From NCBI GenBank assembly GCA_002189035.1, contig CM007991.1, positions 3,534,001-3,598,000 on the forward strand: DNA of 64,000 bases, written 5' to 3'. Below the pieces are notes generated by a model. That model made no database searches and was not told the DNA's origin. It was given only the letters and a program-made list of their open reading frames with translations. Position 1 is the stretch's first letter; the number at the start of each line of letters is the position of its first letter. Of the stretch, positions 37,548 through 49,661 are shown piece by piece. Position numbers and translations under genes: made by a program. The DNA is from Utricularia gibba. Lineage: Eukaryota > Plantae > Magnoliophyta.

Positions 37548-40475
37548 GGTCTCCCCTTCACCAAATGCAGAGAACCAGTTATCAGAATCCAGTCAAGAGA
37601 CCCCCATACTGCAAGAAGAGGGAGAGAAGAACCCTTGAGTGAGTTAGTAAAAGAAGAGAAGTTGGAGTACTGTATTGCAAAAGCGTGAGCATATCAAAGA
37701 GAAATCCGACAACATCAGATGGAAACACCCAAAAGACTGTCGGGTCCCAAGATAAAGAAAAGAAAAAACAAGGGTTTCACACGTAGAGAAATGAGAATGA
37801 AAAGGAGTTGTGTTGACCAAGGAATCAAAAACACACACAGTGAGTCAGTATCCCTTCAAAAGATTACTAGCAGTTTCGTGTTTGTTGTCTTGTGCACAGT
37901 ACTTGTCTCTCTAACACCACCCCATTCATTAACTCTCAGCAAACTTGTTTCCTACCACAACACTTTTGCTTCTGCCCGCCATCTTCAACCAGTAACTAAA
38001 ACATCGGGAACCACGATTTACGTTCTCATTTTGAGATTTAAAAGTAGACACAGAGAGATAAGGCCAGAGTTCAGTACGAGCAACGAAATGGGATGATGAA
38101 ACATCTGATCAAAACCCTAGAAAGCAATCTGGGGTTTGGAGGAAGAGCAACAACTCTGAAAAAACAAAGCAAGTTTTTAGGAATTACTCTGCTTCTTCTT
38201 TCGCTTCAATGGAGAAGCCCTTGCTTTGGCAGTACAATGAAATGGTGCCTTGTTTCGTATTCATCTATAACCTTGAAAATTGTGAAGTGGGGGGGGGATT
38301 TGGGGGAACTTGGTAAGTCGAAATGGTGACTTTTCCTCGTTTTTTTCCCATGGTTCATTGAATGCAGATCACTTTTCACAGAGGGACGCGCCGGTTGCGG
38401 CATCCTGCTTCCTTCTGCTGCCTTCACAAACCCTAAAAATTGCAACGAACGTCTGCTGATCCAACACGTAATTAATAACATTAACACCCGATTAATGAGA
38501 TTTACCATGGGATCCATCATCTGAATACTAATCATTCCCAAGGTGGCACCATTTACTCCTCAGGTTTACCACGCTGTGAAATTTCCTTTTACCTCTCCAA
38601 ATCACATTGCTACCTTGTTGCAAACATGCTCAAAGGTAATTCGAAACCAGTTAAAAAGACATCCCTAGAACATATGATTCATTTTTACAATGTTCGTTTT
38701 CGATACGATATTTTCTTAATTGTCATGATTTACACCGTTCACAATATTATTTCAAAGTACGTTTCGAGTCTATCACATTGAGCCATTAAAAGCCGTTCAT
38801 CTTTTTAATAAAATTATACGTTGATCTTTTGCATCTTTTTAAGTAAAGAATAAGTGTTTTTAAATTTTTTATTTTTGAAGTATAATTTTTCGTCTTTGGT
38901 AACCAAAACTGTTTTTGGAATATTTATAAATCTAAGAATCTATATGATACAATTCGTCTTTCAAAAAAAAAAAAAATCAAAAATTGCTTGATTATTAAAA
39001 ACGTGTAATTTATAGTCAAAACAGTGTGAATTTAGAAACTCAAAAGATTCACGGATTTTGAATAAACAAGCATTTAAACCCAAACAATATTATCATCAAA
39101 TAACATGTTGGGCCATAGGCCCATTTTGTGAACCGTAATGCGATCGGCCCAATTTATTCGCATTCATTCGAATTTTGATATGATTTTCCGATGCACCGTC
39201 ATCTCGACAATGCAAACAACTACCACTTGTGTTGTTCTAAGGTTCAAATGAAGCCATTTATCAATTGGAGGAACTGTGTTTTATGCTTCCTTTTATATAA
39301 TATCATGTTTGATAGATATATTTATGTATATAAATATTTTACATGTTGAAAATTATGTTTGTTTAATAGACATGTTATCTAATATATGACTCCGGATATA
39401 TTTATAAAACTGTTATATCACATGAAATTTCTTAATTAAAACATTGTTTTGGAAATTTTTTGAAATATATTTATATTTTTTAAAGAGTAAAAATAATTCT
39501 ATTTTAAAATAATATTAATTGTAAAAATAATTCTATCAAAAATATTTTTTAAATTATACTGCAAAAATTGTTTTTGGAAAAGTAAAAAGTAATTTACTTT
39601 TAATTCTTATTTCTAATTTTTTAAAATAATTTTAAAAAAAATAAAAATAAATTCCAAAATTTTTTCAGAATAATGCTTAAGTCAATATATATTCTTCAAT
39701 CTTGCTTCTTGAAATTTGTTAATAAAATAGAGGATGAATATTTTTAATTTATTAAAAATATAAATAACTCTAAATTTCTATATTTTTCTAATGAAATTAA
39801 TCCATGTTTGATAATAAACTAATCCAACACCTTTGCTCTTGGAAAAACTTTTCATTTTCAAAAACCAATTTCTATTTCATTAAATAATTTTATAAAAATG
39901 ATTTTTGAGAAATAGAATCAAACAACCCTATTTATAGATTATTTTTTCAGAAATTAAACATGATACAAACAAATCCTAAGTTTTTAATATTTTTATGTAT
40001 ATCATATATATATCACATATAATAATAAGCAAATATATTTGTAAAAATATTGGAAAATGTTTTTTTTTTTTTTTTTTTTTTTTTTGCAGTGTGATGTAAT
40101 GTTATGTTTATTACATAGACATTTTAAAAAAAAGTAATTTGGGTGAGGCGTACATCCATCCATCCATCAAGTGCTTGACATTTCAACTCCATACTTGTAC
40201 AAAAATAGCAGTCCTCTCATATTTCAATCAAGAAATCTGCTTTTCTTCTTTCCCATTTCTGTGCTTGGGAGTGCAGCAGCAGCAGCTCCAACTCTCCAGC
40301 TCCCTCCAACCTATTTATGCGTTGCTCTCCTCTGTCTGGGCAACTTCTTGATTGTTTTCAGAAGGAAACCCTAGAGGGAGGGAGGAGGAGAAGCAGGGGA
40401 TGGATCAGCGGAGAGTGAGTTGAGGGTTTTGTGAGGGAGATCTGGAAGATTTGTCTGTGTTTGGTGGATGCTGGA

Positions 40476-41049
40476 ATGGATCCGTCCTCCTTCCCGGATG
40501 TGGAGAGCTCCAACTCGGAGAACAGTAGCATCAAGACCGGTGGGGCGGGGGCGGAGCTTCCTCGTCCAGCGGCGGCGGGGCCTCAACGCTCAGCCGCTAC
40601 GAGAATCAGAAGCGGCGTGACTGGAACACCTTCGGGCAGTATCTGAAGAATCACCGCCCCCACTTTCACTCAACCGCTGCAGCGGCGCACACGTGCTGGA
40701 ATTCCTCCGGTACTTGGATCAGTTCGGGAAGACCAAGGTTCACACACAAGTTTGCCCCTTCTACGGCCACCCCACTCCCCCGGCCCCATGCCCGTGCCCT
40801 CTCCGCCAAGCTTGGGGGAGCCTCGACGCGCTAATCGGCAGGCTACGCGCCGCCTACGAGGAGAACGGCGGTAAACCGGAGACTAACCCTTTTGGCGCTA
40901 GGGCTGTAAGGTTATATCTCCGTGAGGTGAGGGATTTGCAGTCCAAGGCCCGCGGCATCAGCTACGAGAAGAAGAAAAGGAAGCGGCCACCTCCGCCGCC
41001 GGTGTCTCAATCCGATGCCCCGCCGCCACCGCCAACGGGTGAGATTTGA
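40476..41049 (+). CDS. LSH: ALOG-domain protein (LIGHT-DEPENDENT SHORT HYPOCOTYLS family), with two apparent -1 frameshifts
   Basis: [46 protein letters not shown] and [18 protein letters not shown] lie in three different frames, joined by adding one G at 40542-40551 and one C at 40657-40661. Confidence 0.9.
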
Positions 41050-42099
41050 TGATCATCGTCATGCTCACGTGAGCCGAGTGTCTGTATCTCAACTTATCTT
41101 CCTCCCCACTTGCAAGATTTCTTGTGTTCAGAGCTCATGGATTCAAGCTTCCCTTATTCTCAGTACTAAATTCCAACATTTTTTTTTTTTCTAAATGTTT
41201 CAGAGACGTACGCACCTATCAAGAACACGCGAGAACTACTCCGCTGGTGCGCAGTGCAGTGCACGCACGTTAACTACATAAAAAGCAAATTCAATCCCGT
41301 GAATTAATGGGATTATCCTTTTTTAATTAATGAAATTATTTTTCAGTAATTATCAACAGAATTACCACAAGAAGAAATTTTATTTATTTATTAATCCTTA
41401 TTTTTAAAGCACTAAAAAAGAAATTCTCTTTTATTATGGATGAAATATTTTTGTTTTTTTTTGGGGGTGGTGGGGGTGGCGATTAACCGGTGAATGAAGC
41501 AACAAAAAAGGGCCGTACTGGAGGAATGCCCACCCGGTCAATCTGATGAGACGGGTGGGGCCCAACGACCCGGACCCGATCCGAAGAAGGCGTAAGGTCT
41601 CACGTGCGAGCCTGGCGCACATGTCGGGGGCGACCCCACTTACATCCCGCCTTTCACCGGAGTGGGCCATCCCTCAGTAGTTTCACACAGTACCTGGGAA
41701 GAAAGAATGCAAGTTTAATAATTAATTAGCCATAAACAGTTAGCAATGGATTTTATTTAAAAAAAAATTAAAGCATTTGTTATTTTATTTAATTATTAAT
41801 ATTACTCAAAAACTAGTTTTCGAGAATCATAATTAATCAAAAACTTATTTTTACAAGTTAATTGTCCCATCCAATAACTATGCTGCAAGATTTAGCATAA
41901 CCCGGAGATCGAACCGCCTATCGGCCCGACCGTCAGACCGGGTTACTGAAGAATCAGAGCTTCGGAGCACTATCCAGTGGGTTACTTGGTGCCATGTCAA
42001 AACTCTTGGAAGTACATCACAAGCGAAGATGCAATGTAATACAACCAGTGAAGTGCAATAGAGGAACTGGGGGAATGCATGGAACTAAGCGATGATGAT

Positions 42100-43014
<915 letters not shown>

Positions 43015-43076
43015 TTTCGCTGACCGTCTTCCTCCCCAAATCCAACAGAAAAACTGACATAAATGGCGGTCAAGTG

Positions 43077-43125
43077 CATTATATAGCAATTCACATGGGC
43101 TAGGGTTTTCCCTCAATTGAGCCCA
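43077..43125 (-). promoter_or_regulatory. Telo-box + site II + TATA-like promoter module of RPL23
   Basis: AAACCCTA on the minus strand at 43101-43108, TGGGCT at 43096, AGCCCA at 43120 and a TATATAA-like element near 43080. This module is established for plant translation-machinery genes. Confidence 0.75.
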
Positions 43126-43194
43126 AACTACACAGACGCGTGTGTTTCAGCCCACAACAATACCATACGAATTACGTCAATAATATAATAATAT

Positions 43195-43216
43195 TATATA
43201 TATATATATATATATA
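43195..43216. repeat. (TA)n microsatellite
   Basis: Uninterrupted TA run between the SUVR stop and the RPL23 promoter. Confidence 0.85.
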
Positions 43217-43397
43217 AGGTATTTCATACCAGTCTTTACATGGTATGAAAACTGAGAATGAGTGAAGACTGCTTAAATGCAGTATCAGCTTCTAAGTCTT
43301 TGGGAAGTTTGAAGCCAAAAAAATGATGAGCCAGTGGTCATCTTCGGCAAGTTCTTGATCCTGGTTAAAGGGGAAGCAACTGTTCAGCATCATCCAG

Positions 43398-46300
43398 TTA
43401 GTTGCTCATTTGAGATATTGAATGACTGTTCTTACTAGTTCGCTTTATGCTCCGGCAGAACTTGCTGCCACATTGGCACTGGAAAGCCTTGATCGGGTGC
43501 TCGTGGTCATCAAAATCGATGCCGTAATCCTGTAAGTTGAAGAAGCTTTCGCAGGGTGAGGAAGATGAATAGGAAGGAAGTTGACAGGTTTTGAAACAGA
43601 GAGAGTGGAGTTAGCTACCCAAGTGAGCTCTTCCTTGGCTTTCACTTTTCTGGTAGTGAAGAAGGCCAGCTAGCAGTTGCAAAAAAAGAAGTCTTAGCTT
43701 CACCGGAAAACTTGAGTTGCAGAAGAAGAGGAGGCAATCATGGCTTACATGGTAGTAGTGATGATCCGGACCCTCCACTTCAACGGGTATCTCCACCAAG
43801 TTTGAGTCGTAACATCTGATTCAAAACGTGGGAAAAGTGGTCAGGAGGAGTGCTTGAAAATGTCCCCAGCGGGTGGCATGATTATGTACCTGTGATTGAT
43901 AAACCTTGCCACATTTCCGTAGTATGTAGCATCCAAACAAAGAGCTTCTTCATCTTTCAGAACACCTTCTACACACCAATCTGCATCAAGAAGCACAGGG
44001 TATGAATGTTTCTCCCCCTGTTGGCGCCGTGATACACGTTCAAATAGCTCTGCATTTGTTAAAACTTCTCCAACATATTCACACACAAATGCACCCTTTG
44101 GCAGGTCTTCCAGGGTGCGAAGACCCCAGCCTTTTCCTTCAGGAGTCATGAATACCTTAAGACAAATCATCCACAGTTTAGAAGCAAAGTTTCCAAGAGC
44201 CTGTGCTGTTAGGTTGTATATGAAGAAGTACCTGTAAATTGTGAGTGATTCCTCTCTGCACTACCCGGTTGCCACACTGTTTGCCACACCCACATTTCCG
44301 CCAACATTCTTTTATGAACTTCCTTACCAAATGCCCCTTGCAAGGATTCATGGTATCCTCGCACTTTGATCTCTCCAGAGGGCATTCCTTGCAGTAAAAC
44401 TGGGAGTGCTTCTTTGGATCCCGATTCATGGAAATGGACTCTTTAAGAAACTTGTCCTTAACAACACCATCAAGTGTGTACGCAAACTCACCTCCACTTT
44501 CAGCTGCACATGCACAAGGAAGCGATGGCAACAGACAATCCCCAGAACATGAAGCACAACAGTTATCGTCTCCAATTCGAGCCAGACAAAAATTAACATA
44601 TGCTTTTTCAAAAACTTCACTTTGGGGTATGTAGCAGAAGGATGGTGGCAACTCATTGTTCACTTCATTCACTATTGTAATCACAACCTTCTCCTGTCCT
44701 TTGGCGATATCAGAGATGCTACTCAATGGCCGACTACCTTCACGGGTAGCTTGGGGATTCTCGGTACACTCCAAAGTCGGCACTTTCAAGTCTTCGATGG
44801 ATATCTTTTGGCCACTTTCATTCTTCGCTACCTCAGAATTGACGTCCATGCTACTGGAAACTTGCTTGCACTTCCCATGAGGTAGCTCAGCCGCTGATGG
44901 AGAAGTAGAGCCATTCAAACGAGTATGACATGGACTGGGCGATCCATGGGAGTCAACAGCAGAACATTTTTTCATTGACCCATTCGCCTGAATCACATTT
45001 GAAGGTTTTGGTGACCCACTATTACAGCTACTTCTTAGCTTCGGAGGATCCCCTTGTATTTTCTTTTCTTGAACACCTGTGGCAGAACATATGTTCATTG
45101 TCTCATTGCTTGTGGAGCTCTTTACTTTAAGTGATAAACTGGGAGATGGCTCAACCTTAGTGTCTTTAAGGGTCACAGCGAGAGATGAACTACCTGGTGC
45201 TCGTCTCCTCTGCGTTGATGGCTCCGTAGGAGTATTCGATCCTTTAGCTCTTTCTCTAAGCGTCATTTTTGATCGGCCATCGTGTCGTTCTCTGATGATG
45301 TCACTAGGTTGGCCAGCATCAGAATTCTTCACTACGACTGAGGTTTTAGGAGAGTCATTTTGTCTCCCCTTCACCTTAGAAATCAAGTGTCCGGAGATTT
45401 CAGGGAGATTCATTACTCCATTTTCCGTATGTCCCTTTGTTGCCTCTGCAACATTACAAGACTCGTCTAGTTTTGAGAGAGTAGACTTTGGTTGAACATC
45501 CGGTGCTTCATTTATCCCAATAACTGAGGTCGTGAGCTTTCTGCCATGACGAGTTTTAGAAGATGAGATCCGACTATCATGAGATACCTCAGCCGCCGAT
45601 TGAGAGCTAGAGATATTCAAATTACTATAATGTGAACCAGAGAATTCTTGAGCGCCCCTGGCAGAAGATCTTTTCATTGATCCATTGGACTGAATCACAT
45701 CTGAAGGTTTTCTTGATCCACTATTAGAACTCCTTCCTAACTCTGCAGCATGCCTCTGCATTTTCATTTCTTGACCATTGGTGGCAGAAGATTTGTTCAA
45801 TGTCTCACTGCTTGTAGAGCTCTTTCCTTTAGGTGAGGAACTGGGAGGTGGATCAACCTTAGTGTCTTTAAGGGACACAGAGGGAGATGAACTCTCAGGT
45901 GCTCTCCTCTTCCTCACTGATGGCACCTGAGGATCAATCGATCCTGTAGCTCTTTCTCTAAGAGTCATACTAAATATCGCATTGTGTTGTTTTCTTCTGA
46001 CGGCACAAGGATGACCGGCATCCGAATCCTTCTCTAAAACGGAGGTTCTTGGAGGGGCAGATTGTGTTCCTTTCACTGTCTTATTTTCCCCATGCCCCCT
46101 CATCGCCCCAACAACGTCACAAGACCTTTCTAGTTTTGAGAGAGAAGGCTTTGGGACTGCATTTGCTTCTCCATTTAGTACAACAACTGAATTCCTGAGC
46201 TTTCTGCCACCAGACGTTTTAGAACCTGAAGCCTGGTCATCATCATGCTGCCCTGAACGTGATCTTTTCACCGGCCGTTGATCTGATTGAGCTTCTCCAT

Positions 46301-46645
46301 GCAAAGAATCCTCGCCCTATAAAGGAATGTGCCAAATTATCCACGGTCAGAAAAAGGGAAAGTATCCTACATTCAAATGTCTACATCGGAAGAGAAATGC
46401 AGAAGAGCACAATCATGCAAATATATACTCCTGGTTCATCTCTCTCAAATACAGCATCAGCAAGTACTCTATAATTTTCATCTTCTATAAGCTCCCAGTT
46501 TCTATCACAAGACATCAGCAAACTCGGCTTCACCTTGCCCTTAGGAATTCCAAGAGCGCATATTGTCGGAAAGGCGCTTGCAGACCTCACCCTCTTCTCC
46601 TTCTTCGCCACCCCGCCTGACTTTACCGTAAATTCAAAGCCTCAT
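43398..46645 (-). CDS. SUVR: SUVR-type histone H3K9 methyltransferase (WIYLD - long linker - pre-SET/SET/post-SET); start codon uncertain
   Basis: WIYLD-like [18 protein letters not shown], Cys-rich pre-[28 protein letters not shown] and post-[11 protein letters not shown]. Confidence 0.85.
44875..46220 (-). repeat. Two-copy tandem internal duplication (~660-700 bp unit) inside the SUVR large exon
   Basis: Copy 1 (46220-45575) and copy 2 (45557-44875) share GRKL..SV, LSKL, DAG, MTLRERA.GS, RRAP.SSS, LKDTKV.P, KSSTS.ET, SGS.KPS.VIQ.NGSMK and SAAE. Confidence 0.93.
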
Positions 46646-47275
46646 GTTCGCCTGAAAATCATACGATAACCAAAAAACAGCAGCACAACAAACATCATTA
46701 TGCAACTGTTTAACAAGGATATGAAGACTCGAGTGCGTACACAAGATGACACCTTTTCAAATTCGAAGTGGATATCGATTACCAGATCAACATACACAGG
46801 ATGCAGTTGGCAGACGCAGTGCTCAATCTTCTTGAGCATTCTTGAGTGGAGTGAAGAGAGCGCTGCATGAAGCCGAAAGCGTCAAGTGTTAAAATAGAGC
46901 AACGCTTGGTTGTCCATAGGGGACCCAACTTCAGGGAAGTTCTAGGGTTCCTCCTGTTGCCACTTGCGGCAGAAGTGATTCGGAGTCGGAATTGGAAAGG
47001 GAGGAGACATGCCACGTCATCCACAAAAAGCCGTAACCGTTTTTCTTTTCTCGTCAATTAATATACGAATATTCTTCCCTTTCTCGCTTATTTCAGAACC
47101 AGAAAAGGGAAGAGTCAATGGCGTCGCGGGAAGAAGAGCGGACGCCGCGGATTTGATGAAAATGCGTGATGTGTAAGTTGACCGATTGCAACGTACCTGG
47201 GATCTAGCTGTTTTTTGGATCTCTTTCTGGGTGAAAAAGCATCCGCCATTCGGTCGGCAGGAGGAGGAGGAGAAA

Positions 47276-49238
47276 ATGTTTGGATGTGAATGTGCCTTTT
47301 GGAAGAGAGTTACCGACGTTGCAAACAGCGAACCCGAACGTTTCTCCCTGCCCGCCCCAATTCCGAGATGGCCAAAAGGTATCAGTGGGCTTCTATTGTG
47401 TTCGCTTGGGTTGGTGAATCGCAATCGGAGGGATTTTTCAAAATTTGTGTCTTGCATCGGCATCGAAGTTTTTTTGGCAACTGGGTGGTGACTTATTTGA
47501 TGTTCAACTAATGCTGAATTGGCTGTGAAAATGCACCAGATAGGCTTGTTGATCTTGAGTTTTGCTCTCTGTTTTAGATAGTAACTGTTGGCTATGTTCA
47601 AGTTGAATGAAATTGACGTTTTTGTTTTGGTTTAATGAATGTGACGTAGGCGCTGGATTTGCTACTAAAGTAATCAAGCTTGGAGAACTAGAAGTATGCC
47701 AGGTAACTGAGTTTGAGCTCATTTGGAGCAGCAATTCCTCAGCAAAAAAGAAACATTGTGTGGGTTTCTACAAGCCAGTTGGAATACCTCCAGGATTTCA
47801 CTCTCTTGGTTATTACTGCCAGTCTCATAAAAAGCCTTTACGAGGGTTTGTTGTTGTAGCTCGTGAAGCAGCTACCACTCGCAAAGAAGATCATACGGGC
47901 AGGCCATCTCTCTCGAATCCAGTTGATTATGCGTTAGTGTGGAGTTCTGATGATGGGGGTGATGAAAGTTTCAACGAGAGAAGTTACTTCTGGTTGCCCC
48001 AGCCACCAGCGGGTTATAAGGCTTTGGGATTTGTGGTGACCAAATATTCTGAGAAGCCGGATCTCGAACAGGTGAAATGTGTTCGTGCTGATCTAACTGA
48101 AGTATGTGAAGGATATAGCTTGATCACAAAAATGTATTCGAAGCGTTCAACTTTGCCTCTAATGGTTTTCAATACTCGACCTGCCTTTAGAGGAATGTAC
48201 GAGAGGGGTGTTTCTGTTGGAAGCTTCTATTGCAGTTCCTCTCAGTTAGATAATGAAATAGAGATTGGTTGTCTAAAGAATTTGGATCCAAATTTAGAAG
48301 CAATGCCGAATGAGGATCAAATCCATGCACTTGTACAACACTATGGACCTACTCTGTTTCTTCATCCTGATGAGGTTTATCTCCCATCTTCAGTTTCTTG
48401 GTTCTTTGAAAATGGAGCACTCTTGTGCAGTGACGAGAACTCTAAGGGGCAGGTTATTCATCCTGATGGCTCCAATCTTCCCACAGGAGGGACAAATGAT
48501 GGTAGTTATTGGATCAGTTTACCATCTGATGATAAGAAAGTTAACATCAAGCATGGGAACTTGGAAAGCGCTAAACTCTACCTGCACATTAAACCAGCTT
48601 TGGGTGGTACATTTACAGATGTCGTTTTCTGGATATTCTGCCCTTTTAATGGACCAGGAACATTGAAGGTGGGTGTGGTTAACCTGGCTCTAGGGAAAGT
48701 TGGTCAGCATGTTGGTGACTGGGAACACTTCACACTCAGGATAAGCAACTTCACCGGAGAATTATGGGAGGTGTATTTCTCACAGCACAGCGGAGGTAAC
48801 TGGGTTGATGCGTGTGACTTAGAATTTGTCAGTGGATGTAACAAACCCATAGTGTATTCATCAAAAAATGGGCATGCTAGCTTTCCTCATCCTGGAAGTT
48901 ACCTTCAGGGATTAGAAAAGATTGGTATTGGAGTAACGAACGATACTGCTAGCAGTGACAAGTATGTTGACTCAAGCGCCCAATATGAGATCGTTGCAGC
49001 TGAATATCTTCGAGATGTTATTAGGGAACCATGCTGGCTGCAGTATATGAGGAAATGGGGGCCAACTGTGGAATACAACTCAAGAGCAGAGTTGGATAAG
49101 ATCATCACAATTCTACCCCCATTGATCAGGAACTCATTGGAAGGTGTTTTGAATAAGTTACCATTGGAATTGTATGGCGAAGAGGGACCAACTGGACCCA
49201 AGGAGAAGAACAACTGGATAGGGGATGAGCGCTGGTAG
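47276..49238 (+). CDS. DUF946 / Vps62-related plant protein, 2 exons
   Basis: MFGCECAFW...FSLPAPIPRWPK|GAGFATK start, with LFLHPDEVYLPSSVSWFF, HVGDWEHFTLR and GEEGPTGPKEKNNWIGDERW*. Confidence 0.9.
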
Positions 49239-49661
49239 TCCGGCTTGAATCAGGAGTCCATTTGAGGACTTCATAAAAATGCATGGAAGTCATTGCTTCA
49301 GAATAAATCTGCAATGAATATCAAGTGATAACCGAACTGCATAACAAGTGAATTTCAGCATCAACTTCAGACATGGAATTGTTGATGCCCTGTGGCACTC
49401 ACCCGGAGCAGCCAGTATCCATGGAAGTTTATCATCATGGACGATGATACAGGCATGATCTTGCCATGAGCAATATGATCCTAGTGAAGCGGTGTATAAT
49501 AGAGTAGTGAGATTAGAGTTATTTGTGGTTGGGATTGAAAAGAAACTCTCCCCAACTGTGTCTGATACAAGTCTTCTAAATGTAGATTACACAAGAAAGA
49601 GAAGAGACAAGTCAACTTCAGCTTTTCAAGCTCAAAGCAATGTTCCCTTTCTCTCCTACTG

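Noticed and set aside
41521-41600. Possible hammerhead ribozyme/retrozyme because of CTGATGAG at 41543
   Set aside because: The required downstream GAAA is absent (CGAAG instead), and I could not build stems I and III around a cleavage triplet.
47198-47250. Minus-strand ATG exon MADAFSPRKRSKKQLDP with a good donor, as an alternative SUVR start
   Set aside because: It is antisense to the DUF946 leader, and splicing it to the tttcag acceptor near 46652 gave no convincing join to the WIYLD frame. Treated as coincidental.
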